Shown: piece by piece, positions 42,060-54,200 of the stretch | How the letters are laid out: every line of letters starts with the position of its first letter | How positions within the stretch are numbered: position 1 is the stretch's first letter | NCBI GenBank assembly: GCA_051453625.1 | Contig: JBOZIK010000001.1 | Location: 2,585,206 to 2,649,205, forward strand | DNA: 64,000 nucleotides | Source: Welwitschia mirabilis | Lineage: Eukaryota | Direction of reading: 5' to 3' | Translations under genes and position numbers: made by a program | Notes under the pieces: generated by a model | What the model saw: only the letters and a program-made list of their open reading frames with translations | What the model was told of the DNA's origin: nothing | The model's database searches: none

Positions 42060-42720
42060 TCTCTACACGAATAAGCGACGATTTCATTCCGTTTGGGCCT
42101 CATCTCTGTGACTCCGTGCCCTCTCGGGTGCCGCTTTCTCTGTGCGTGAGCCTGTGGAGCTGCTCGCAGGTAATTCTTTTTTATGCTTGTGCCACTCTAT
42201 GCTCAATATTTCTTTTTGATTTATCTTGCTTTTCCATTTCAGGTAACTTCTCGAGTTTAGATAGTTTTGTTTCAGAACGGGAATTATCTGTTGCTCCGTC
42301 CCTGCCGCTCTGCTGCCCTTCATACCTGCATGCTTAAAGATTACTGAATAAAAGCCGGGAGTTATTTAAAGTATTTATGGATCTGATTTCTCTCTTTTCT
42401 GGTTAAACTTTTCACGTTCTTGTTGCAAATTTCATGTTATTAGGACTGTAATCTTTTTAGGGTTTTGATATTGTTATTGTTTACTACTATAATCCGTGTT
42501 GCAAGTTTTTCTCTCTTTCGGACCAAAAAAAAAAAAAGAGAGAGAGAGAGAAAAAAGGAAATAGAAACCAAGATCTGCAGTTTTAGAGGGACGCTAATGG
42601 AATCTTCAGCATTACCATATCTTGAATTTGGTCCTACCTTATTAAAAGCCAATTCTTTTTTAACCCTCTACTAAGAGCCATCTTTTACCTTTACTTGCAC
42701 AGCCCAGAGAGGTAAGTTGG
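42060..42720 (+). other. Probable 5' end of a host transcription unit (non-coding exon, introns, possible microexon)
   Basis: GC/CpG-rich 42084-42169 ends in CAG|GTAATT. A 73-nt T-rich intron ends in TTTCAG (42242). Site II-like TGGGCC at 42094 and reverse telo-box TAGGGTTT at 42458. CAG|CCCAGAGAG|GTAAGT at 42703-42711. Confidence 0.45.
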
Positions 42721-43567
42721 AGCTTGGTAATGTCAATTTTGACTGGAAGCACTCGAGTTCCAGTAGACATTGAACCGATGTTAAGCACTACAAACTCTTT
42801 CTTTTCAAGTTCTTAAAGCTTGCCTTGTTTTTTGTGCCCTTTTTTTCTGACTACTGGGAGATGATGAAAAATGAACAAGTTCACCTGAAATCAGGCAAGC
42901 TAAAAGATTAGAATTTATACTTCCAGCTGAAAATAAGTACTTGATTTTAAGTATAGACCAGTAAGCCTGCTCGAAAAACCATGCTAAAACGCAATTTACA
43001 AGATGAAAGTTCTGAGTATTGACTGATTGCAAAGCTTTCAGAATTCTAAGGCTTTTGAGAAATGAACTTCAGTTTAAACCTTTTGAAATGCTGATTGCTT
43101 CAAGAACTGTAAAAAGGTGAAAATTTTCAAATATAGGACATGTTTTGAAAGTCAGATTTTGGTCAGATACCAATCATCTAAAAACATATATTCTAATGCT
43201 TCCTTGTTTGATAAAACATTAAAGAAAAATTAGAGATATTATTTGTAACTCTAATTCCACAACAAACGTCTGGCAAAGCACCAACTTCTCCAAATCTTCA
43301 CCCAACAAGTCTATCAGCATCAGCTGATTGAGGATTTACGGTTGTACAAACACCAATAAGACCTCCAACAATAGCGTATTGCAACTCATTTTGCTCACTG
43401 TAAATAGATATTATTCTCCAGATAGTAGGTGTACCTTTGATATTACCGCTCTCATCTTTATACCTTTGATATTACCACTCTTTATCTTTAACAACTACGG
43501 TATGGTGAACTTTAGCCTTTTGGTTAATTTTTAACACAACAGAGAACGTACAAAACAATTATGAAGA

Positions 43568-43879
43568 TGTACGGTCTCTTGCCATCACAACAAAAGTTAA
43601 GAATTAGGGAGAAATTGAAACCCTCCATATTTCCTTGTTTGTCAGACTTGGCATGGGAAGCGTATACCCAACATTTTTCCCTTCGATCCATGTGTTGAGT
43701 GCTTCAATGAACTAAGAAGGCACTAGTAAGATTCAAATCAAAACGAAGCCAAAGCCATGGCTTTAATACCAATTTGTGGGGCCAATTGTCATCACACCAA
43801 AACGGATGACTTATGCAGAAATTAGGACCCTTTATATTTACCCACTTTTTAGATAGGCATGGGAAGCACATACCCAACA
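43568..43879 (-). mobile_element. TRIM (terminal-repeat retrotransposon in miniature), 312 bp
   Basis: LTRs 43568-43673 and 43775-43879, both TG...CA and ending GGCATGGGAAGC..ATACCCAACA. PBS rc TGGTATTAAAGC 43760-43771. PPT rc GAAGGGAAAAA 43674-43684. Perfect TSD GAAGA. Confidence 0.9.
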
Positions 43880-45949
43880 GAAGACCCCTAATGACTATGA
43901 GGAGGCTTTATTACTATGAAATATAGATGTTATTAATATCCTCAATATGTTTCCAGTAGTACTATCTCCTTTTACACTATCAACTTTAGCACCAGGATTG
44001 TTGTACATCAAATGAATGAATTGCACTCATATTTGATTGACCAATGAAGTTAAACTTAGAATTAAAACTTTTTTTCACTATTGATTTGCAAACACCTGCT
44101 TCAATTCTATTGAGATTGTGACCACTGTTGTTCCATTAGCAATAGTTCCTTGAAATAATAAATATATTTCGAAGGATATGAAACAGTATTGTAGTAGCTA
44201 TCACCATAACAAATATACCACAATTTAGATAGAATAATGTTGGATGGGTTTTTGTATTGTCTGATGTTTAGTCATAGCTACATTCTTCTAAATGTGATCA
44301 CGCTTATTTTGTAGAATAATTATGTGTCTAAGACTCATGATCTTAATGGCAACCAATTGTTTACAAGTTCTTAATAAATACTAGTGCTAAGCCTCATATA
44401 ATAAATTAAGAGTCTTTGTGTGTACATGTGCTCATTTGCAATAAATAATTTTTGCTTTGAAAACGTTATTGATTGATTAGATCATTGATAAGAAAAATTC
44501 AAAAATCTTAAAAAAAAAGGTAAAGGCTAAGAGGTTAGAGACTAATTAATGAAACGAGCAAATGAAAAAAGTTAACATTTAAGAAACCCTTCAAAAACTC
44601 ATTTTCATCTGATATTGCAACACATTAGGATAGAACAATTAGATCCATAAATGTTAGAAAGCCACATTTCATTGCTACAAGTTCACAACCATATCATTTA
44701 AATAAGACAAAACAATATGAGATATTAAATATAATTAGTACTATAGTATAATTAGTACTATAGGATGTATTCCACATGTTTAAAAAAAGGAAATAATACA
44801 ATGTATCAGTCATAAATTCACTAGTTATAATAATCCTATAGTTTGATACAATGTTAAAAAGGCTATAGAAAAACAATTATGCATATAGATATAGCCAAAG
44901 TTTGTGAATTTTACTTCAACCTAACATAAGAACCCATGGCATAAGTCTTATTTAAATTCTTCAAACCCTAAGGAGTCTTCTACACCTCAATCTTCCTTTA
45001 GGGCCAATAGAAACAATCTATCATAAGTGCATAAAATCTATCATAAGTGCATACAATCTTCCCCTATTGTAAGTTCTCTTATGTAATGAACATGACAATC
45101 ACTATTATCACTAACTTTACATTGCAAATGGAATTATGTCACATGTTTAACACCACCAACTCAACTATTATCATTAGATCCATCATCAACATTTCAAAGG
45201 GAAGAACTAACAAATCTTTCTCTAATAACCAAGATAATGTGTTAGTGTTTGAAGGTAAAGGACAAAATATTGTTGCAAGTAGTACTTTCATATTCCTTAT
45301 TTTATCTAATGCACTAGGTAAAAAGCAATGATGGATAAAGTGTTGAAGATAATGGAGGGTTAATCACACTCCCACAAATGGAACCAACATATAACAATGA
45401 ATTAATCAATTCATAAATTGTAACGAGTGACATATTCCATACATAGAACCTAATCTTATAAAATCAAAACTAATTAAATTAATCAAAAATAATAACCAAA
45501 GGTTACAACTCTAACATGAAGAGTTACCTAAGGAACTATATAATGTGGTCAAAAGACTCCACATAATAGTGTAATTTGATAGATATTTAATTTATTATTT
45601 AGCAATTATAATAAAATTCTTTTCATTTATTTTCCATTTCCATAAAATTCAAACTCATATAAAGGAGGCTTATGGTCTTAAAGTGCAAAAAAGAGGTTGA
45701 TGAAAACATGGCGAAAAGCATAAGTTACATGAAGCCATAATCTAAATCCAAAGTGGTGTCTCCATGAATAAAACTCAAACAAATAATTATAATAAAGTAT
45801 AAAGTGCTCATGTAACATGTTCTACAATAAATATTTATGTTGGAGCCCTAACACTTCCAAAGAAAAAGGCTATTTCACCTAATAACTACACCCTCTGACA
45901 ACTCAAAGTAAGCAGAGTGTTAAAAAGTTTTAGGTTGATGAAGATCATA

Positions 45950-48390
45950 GAAAAACTATAAGATTAACATCGTGATGAAGAATGAAGATTGATGTGTATG
46001 ATCCTAGAGATCAACATAAGTTATAAAACATGGCCATGCCCTTTACATCTGCTATAGAAGTATGATATTTTTTAGCACAAACCTTTAGTATGAAGTTTTT
46101 TGACACAAACATTTAGTCTCACGAATGAAGTAGAGAACGTATATAGAGCTATTCAATCTAAAGATGCTAAAACATGATGAAAGAGAATAACTTAAAAGTT
46201 AGCAGTATCAACCAAGATGAAACTCAAGGAATGAAAAGTTAACATTAATGAAGAGGTTATTCTATGCTTTAGGTGTTATCAAAGTAATAAACGCATTTAA
46301 AAAGGCATTATAAAATTCTTCACAACTATACATCTTGGGAGGAACGAAAAGCTAACATTGATGAAGAGATGTTTAAGAATGTCATGCTTCATACATTACC
46401 AAATCAATACAATGTATTCATAAAGGCCTTACAAAATTCTTCAGAAACCTACATCTTGCAAACAAGTACTACCAAACTATTATAGCAATACATTAAAGTT
46501 AAGGCACAAAAACATGAAGAATTAAAACTCAGATTAGAAGTAAAGAGCAAAAATGGAAAACATATGAATGAGAAGAAAATAAAAGACTAAAAATCTATTG
46601 TAAAATCTATAGGAATAAAGGATTTCATGGAACTAAGATCCATTGAAATAATTAGAGAACCATAATAATAGTTTGAGAAAAATGGAGAAATCATTTGAAA
46701 AAACAATGCTATAAGAACCCAAAGTAATACAATAATTTTTGGCATTATTAATAAATGACATAAGAAATCATTAATTCATTAATGTAGGGTCATCTTGCCA
46801 CATGATGGGTAATAATGAACTTTTAAAGAGTATTGATTCCAATGACTACATCATATGATCATAGAAGATGAAACCGAATTAATGGCCAAAAAGACAAATG
46901 GAATTGTAGAACTCTTGGAAATGATACTTATTGCAGTATCATTAAAGGAAATGTTCAAATAAAGAGAACCCTAAGACACAACATGCTTTCTAGCCCACAT
47001 GAAACTTGTGAAATATCAATGAGCTTAAATAATCCAAAACTAATAAAATGGTATTAAAGATTAGGACATGTTAATTTTAAAATGTTGTGCTACAAATAGT
47101 GTCAAAACAATTTTAATAAAGTTTCATTCTTAAATAGTAATAGAAAATCCTATTTGTGGAGCTTGTCAAATGGAAAAGATACACAAGAAAATACTTCCCA
47201 CATTTCAAGAAAGAGCATTAAGAATAAATTGGAATTATTTTATAGTGATGTATTCATATTATTATCTAAGCAATCTTTCAAAAGACAATAGTACATTCTC
47301 ATCTTCATTGATGATCATCCAAAATGCTCTTTATGTATTTCTTGAAAATGAATTCACAAGCCATAGATTCATTTTGGATCTTCAACGTCATGGCCACAAA
47401 TGTTGGCTATAATTAAAAGCCTCAAAACTGATGGAGTGTAAGAATACATATCATAGGAATTCCAAGAAGATTTACAAAGAATAGGAATTTAACATGAATT
47501 TTATCTCCTATATATAGCTAACATAAATGTAGTAAAAAGAAAAAATTGAATTATCATGGAAAAATGACATGTTCCATGATGTATAAAACCAATGTTTCTA
47601 AGAAAGTTTGGATAAAAATGATAAGTTCATTAGTATTAATACAAAATCATCTTCCAACAAGAACTCTAGAGTCATGTTTAATCTTTGGTCTATTGAATCT
47701 AACTACATCCACATCTAAGAAATTTTAGCTGTAAAAGTTATGTGCAGACCCATTAACAAAGATATAATTGGACTATTACTCATATGCAAGTTAAAAAACA
47801 AATCTTACCAAGTATGGGATACAAGACAAAAGAATTTGTAATCTTCAAGGATGTGGCTTTTAATATGGAGATTTTAACATTGATATTTAATACACAAGGG
47901 ATTACAAACTTGCTTGTAGTTTTAGAGAAAAATGTGAATGAAGTAAAACCTAGTTAATATTCCATAATGTTACTCAGAAAACTAAAAGGAACAAGATAAT
48001 ACTTAAGCCATTTAAGCTAGATGCTAAAATACAACTAACATCAAAATGAAGAGATCCCAGAATAGATGGAACCAAAACTAGAAGCAGTAGAACCTATCTG
48101 TATATCCACTTAACCTTGCTGGCTACATTCCATAATGAATCAACTACACCTAGAAGAAAGGAGGTTGGTTTAATAAATAGATGGAACCAATGGGACAAGA
48201 CACATCATATTTGTCACATAAAAAGAGATGAAACTAGCAAGTATGAAACAAGCCCTAAATGATCCAAAATGGAAAGAATCAATGCAAGTAGAATATGACT
48301 TATTGATTAATAGCAGTAGTTAGAACCTCATTGAGACTAATAAAGAAGTTCATTAAAATCAAATTAATATTCAAAATACAATACAAACAA
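45950..48390 (+). mobile_element. Decayed copia internal region (gag-PR-INT, truncated at the start of RT)
   Basis: IDS..T.HM-like (~46832), WY.RLGHVNF (~47048), ICGACQMEK (~47152), INT remnants 47230-47870, DPKWKESMQVEYD (~48261). Confidence 0.8.
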
Positions 48391-48899
48391 CATTAAATAA
48401 AGGAAAAACTCAATTCTTAAAACATGAATATCACGCTTTGATCCTTTGAAAAAATAGATATGTACTTAACATAATAATTCAACTCAGGAGAAGAAAAGAA
48501 AAACTCAATTCTTTAAAACTTCATTGAGGGAGTTGTAAATTTCTTTTAGTTCATTAATATGTTCTCTTGATTTTCTTAAGTATATGAAAAACGGGAGTGA
48601 TTGAGGATGTTATTCAAATAGCATGCTTAGGATCATATTATCAAAACGTTAGCTACATGGCATAGAATGGATCCACTCATCCTTTACCTACATGGTATAA
48701 AATGGAGCCACTCATCCTTAAGCTCATTAACTATAAGATCTTTCTTTTGTTCAATCTAAGTGATGGCCTTCCATCATATCCCTACCTAGTTATTCTATGA
48801 ACCAATTAGTGAAATAAAAGAATATCATCACACTCATATAGTTGCTTGCTAATATTTGTTATTTTATTTGGATCAATTCAATTAGTTTAGGCTCTTATT

Positions 48900-51285
48900 T
48901 TAAAGGTTCTTTCAAAAAGCTTCCTTTGTATTTACCTCCTTTTTCATGTTTCTCTTTTATATCATAATATTTAGATGGCTAGGTAGAAGAAAGCTTCTTT
49001 CCATGAGACATGGATGATTATGAAGTAGAAGGTTGATCTTATGTTGAAACACAAGCATATTTTTCTACATGAAGGGTGTTAGAAAGTCTCTCCAATATAA
49101 GAGACAAAATAGGTACCATGCCTCTAAAATCTCAACCAAGATTAAAAATTAACCTAACTATGTCTAAAGGCCTCTAGTCTACAAGGATTTGTCTCCTATA
49201 ACTCCTCTATTCTAGTGTCCTACTTTGTAGTTAGATTACTAAAGCCATTAAAAATATATCACAATAGAAATATCCTCTGTCTTATGCATATAACTCTTGC
49301 TTCTTTATGTTTTCAATGTTTTCATAGAGGTTCATCACCACTACTTTGAATAAGGTGGTGTCTTCTTTTGTATGATAGCCCCTCAGCAAGCACCATAATT
49401 TTGACCATGATACATTCTTCTTGTTATTGCTTAGAATAATTCTCTAATTAATCACTACTAGTGCTATCTTAAAGGGATATTTCGAAATGTATAGGATACT
49501 TTTCTTTCATTCATCATAATTTTGACTTTTGTAATATTTAAAATCTTTGATTTCAATTGGAAAGTTGGATCAGCATAGAATCAAAGTCAAACAACATGCT
49601 TTTGATGACTTTAACATCTAATAGAACTCTCTAGAATTGAATAACAATGATTTCCTCCCATAGGTTCTGAAGATGAATTTCATCAATGTCCTATTTATTC
49701 CCTTGTTCATTAGAAGATAGTAATGATATAACCTAAGATTTTTCAAGTATGCAATTTATTTTGTATTTACAGGGCCAATACTAAATTCAAATTCATTATT
49801 TATGGAAATGTAACTAAGATAGATACCATCATCGATCTCTATCATGACATAGAGGGGGTTATAACAGGTAGATTTAAAAAAGGTAAAGACTTTCCTACAA
49901 CCTTAAATTCATCTAATGGATAATCACAGATGTCATGCTATAAAATCAAAGAAAACTATGCTTAAAAAACTTAAAGAAAGTTGTATTATAACTTATCTAG
50001 AGATCTNNNNNNNNNNNNNNNNNNNNNNNNNNNNNNNNNNNNNNNNNNNNNNNNNNNNNNNNNNNNNNNNNNNNNNNNNNNNNNNNNNNNNNNNNNNNNN
50101 NNNNNNNNNNNNNNNNNNNNNNNNNNNNNNNNNNNNNNNNNNNNNNNNNNNNNNNNNNNNNNNNNNNNNNNNNNNNNNNNNNNNNNNNNNNNNNNNNNNN
50201 NNNNNNNNNNNNNNNNNNNNNNNNNNNNNNNNNNNNNNNNNNNNNNNNNNNNNNNNNNNNNNNNNNNNNNNNNNNNNNNNNNNNNNNNNNNNNNNNNNNN
50301 NNNNNNNNNNNNNNNNNNNNNNNNNNNNNNNNNNNNNNNNNNNNNNNNNNNNNNNNNNNNNNNNNNNNNNNNNNNNNNNNNNNNNNNNNNNNNNNNNNNN
50401 NNNNNNNNNNNNNNNNNNNNNNNNNNNNNNNNNNNNNNNNNNNNNNNNNNNNNNNNNNNNNNNNNNNNNNNNNNNNNNNNNNNNNNNNNNNNNNNNNNNN
50501 NNNNNNNNNNNNNNNNNNNNNNNNNNNNNNNNNNNNNNNNNNNNNNNNNNNNNNNNNNNNNNNNNNNNNNNNNNNNNNNNNNNNNNNNNNNNNNNNNNNN
50601 NNNNNNNNNNNNNNNNNNNNNNNNNNNNNNNNNNNNNNNNNNNNNNNNNNNNNNNNNNNNNNNNNNNNNNNNNNNNNNNNNNNNNNNNNNNNNNNNNNNN
50701 NNNNNNNNNNNNNNNNNNNNNNNNNNNNNNNNNNNNNNNNNNNNNNNNNNNNNNNNNNNNNNNNNNNNNNNNNNNNNNNNNNNNNNNNNNNNNNNNNNNN
50801 NNNNNNNNNNNNNNNNNNTAACCATTAGTGAACCATTAATATCTAACTTCTTATTTACCTTCCCTCATGTAACTTACTAATTACATACTTTGTGTATCAT
50901 TCATAGAATGGCTATAGTAATTTTGCCATCAATTAGACATTTATTAACTTATTCTCTCTTATTGAGTAAGCTAGGATAGGTCAAATCTCCTCGTTTATTA
51001 ATTTATGCTATGGTACTATTCTTAAGCATGCAAATGGACTAGTTCTTAACTTGGGTGATAGTACCATCATTAATTTCTTAATTTTGTGGATGTTCATCTT
51101 ATAAAAGTTGATCTTCCTAATGGAATGACTTTGATACAATGTCAACATAGCTAGGGTAAGGGTTGGTGTAGGTAGGATAAGTCATATGACACTAACAAGT
51201 ATCATACAACTAGTTAACATGGCATTCCATATCATACACTGAATGCAACATGAATATTAGAATGTTTTACTTATATATAGAGATA
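48900..51285 (-). pseudogene. Tat/Ogre-like gypsy gag-protease relic (gapped)
   Basis: Reverse-complement motifs YNPLYV..IDDG (~49825-49865), IGPV (~49775) and a gag KI..LI..G.I-like stretch at ~51060-51095. Confidence 0.4.
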
Positions 51286-51289
51286 TATT

Positions 51290-54200
51290 TGATAGGATCG
51301 AGAATCCGGGCGCGGCGAGGGTGGGGGGTTGGGGGGGANNNNNNNNNNNNNNNNNNNNNNNNNNNNNNNNNNNNNNNNNNNNNNNNNNNNNNNNNNNNNN
51401 NNNNNNNNNNNNNNNNNNNNNNNNNNNNNNNNNNNNNNNNNNNNNNNNNNNNNNNNNNNNNNNNNNNNNNNNNNNNNNNNNNNNNNNNNNNNNNNNNNNN
51501 NNNNNNNNNNNNNNNNNNNNNNNNNNNNNNNNNNNNNNNNNNNNNNNNNNNNNNNNNNNNNNNNNNNNNNNNNNNNNNNNNNNNNNNNNNNNNNNNATCT
51601 TTGTTACTCCATACGTTTTGCAAGGCTCATCTCTTAATCCTTGCAATCAAACTTTTATAGGCTAAATCTCAATCTTAACAACAGACTTTTGCAGACTAAG
51701 TCTCAACCTTAACAACGGATTTTTGCAGGCTAAGTCTTAATCTTTAAAGACAAATAGAAGTGATGCAATGAAGCCTTGGTAGCTTTGATATCACTTGTTT
51801 AGTATCAATACAATGAATGGAGCTCTTCTCCAAATGAATACAATGACAATGTCCTTATATCTAATTCTGAGTGAAGTTATTTTTCTAAGAATAAATCTCC
51901 TCAATCAGATATGAATCAATACAAAGATGTTCCAATGAAATATACCACTTGATCTTTCAGATCCACAATGAATATGTTAGTTTAGAAAAGTGCTAAAAAA
52001 TCTTTAGGTCATCTTTTGCCTATCTATTTATAATGGAGGGTTACTAGTGATTATTATAATTGAATTACACTTCTAACGACTATAAACAGCTAGAAAATGG
52101 CTAAGTAACAGCTAGGTAATGGATACATAACATTTATAAGATTTACTTTTTCATACCGTCCGATCGATCCCACAAAAATCCAGTTGACCCTATGAGAACT
52201 CGGTTGAGCCCATGCTGGGTTTGATCGACCCCTTGCCTCTCAGTCTAGAACTATGGACTGTCAACTTCTTAGGTACGGTCAAACCCATGAAAGATCCAGT
52301 CGACCCCTTTCCTCTTGGTCTGGGACTTGACTATTAGCTCCTCAAATCCGGTTGACCACTTGAATATCCAATCAACCCATTTCCATTCGAATCAGGGATA
52401 CGGACTCATAGGATCATAGGTCTAGTGTACCCCTTTATAATTTGGATGACCCCTCTGGGTTCACTCTACTTTTTTACATCTACTTTAGGTACAGTCGACC
52501 CCTTTAGAATCCGGTTGACTCCCACTAGAGGTAAACATAACTGAGTAGTTTCTTTAGTATATTTTGGTCCAAATCTTCCACCTACAAAACTAAATCTCAT
52601 CGACATACAATATGTAANNNNNNNNNNNNNNNNNNNNNNNNNNNNNNNNNNNNAATTGGAAAATATAATCTAATAACCTCCCCCTTTGACATTGATGGCA
52701 AACAATTAAGTGATTCCAAAAAATTTGAAATAATTTAAGCTCAATCACAAAATACCTTTTAGGCACACATATAAAAATTAAAACTCTCCCTTTTATCAAG
52801 GCAAATATACATTTAAGCAAGGAGAAAAATACATAAACATTTTGAAGACCCAATATCTCAATAACTTAACCAAAAACTTTTGAAAGAACACTATCATTAT
52901 TTCTCCTCTTTTGATATCAATGACAAATGAAACAAAATCTAGATAAACAATGATATTCTCTCCCTCTATTTTGATACCAAATGATAGATAATGATAAGCC
53001 AAAATTTTGAAACATATTTAGGAATTTTGAATAAATATGTTGTGCTTTTAAATGAGACAGGTTTTAAATATGCACAAAAATCTACCAGAAATGATGATAA
53101 AAAAACACTTATGAATTACATATTTAAATGATACCATTTGAGAACACACTACAATACCAAATAATAATGCAACATGTGATCGAAGAAATTTTAACTCATT
53201 TTTTATTGAGATGATAATTTTAATTTTGTTTCAAATATATTGCACTCAAAAAAAAAAAACAAAATAATGTAAGGATTAAGCTCAAACATAAGACTAAATT
53301 TTATTAACAAAACAAAACATTATAAAGTTTTAAACTAAAAAGAAAGTTCTCATCAAGATCATACATCTGAAAAGTTCCATAAAAAAAAAAGGCACAAATC
53401 TCTCCTTTTGACAACAATAGCAAAAGAGAGAACAACACAACTATGCTCTAAAAGACAAAAAGGATTTAATTTGATTCCTCTTATTCTTCTTCTTCTTCTT
53501 TAAATTCCTCTCTGAATCTTCTTCGTCTTCACCAATATGAGTAGAGCCGGTACCTTTAGTTGAGGTATCCATAATATCATATCTAAGTGCTATGACTGAT
53601 TCTTTTATATGCCTAGTGTGAGAGTAAATCCATTTCAAATATGAAATAGTCTCATCTATAGATGTTTATTTTGGTGTTTTAGAAGAGGATTTCTTCGAAG
53701 GATAAAATATATGCATGCAACACAAAATCACATGCCCAATGGGTGACAGAGGCTGAAGTGTCTCCAAAGAAGAATGCAGATTAACACAGAAATGACGACA
53801 GATTTTAGTGATAAGCATAGAGTAGGGTAGAGCCCTAGTTCTATGGTACTCTAATTGTGAATTCATATTTTTCAATAATATAATAGAATCATCAATAGAA
53901 CACTCATTTCCTAAGACCTATAACTAGAGGCCTCATTATGATGGTCGGCTAAAGGAAGAAAATTATAAGTAAAAATGAAGTGAATAAAGCAATACTTTGG
54001 AGTCAACAGAGAAGTAGAAATGGTGTGCTTTTAAGAATGCATTTAATTATAAATCTTCCTAGTGACTACTGGCTTGTCTTTTATGGTGTTTCTCAGAGGC
54101 CAAAACTTTTCATAGTCTCTCCGTGAAAGATCAATCAGCTTAGAAATAAGGTCTACTATCACTCTTATCTTTCTACCCAAACTAGGGTTTCTAGAGTCCT

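Noticed and set aside
44900..45250. Possible minus-strand copia protease remnant
   Set aside because: Too degenerate to support a call.
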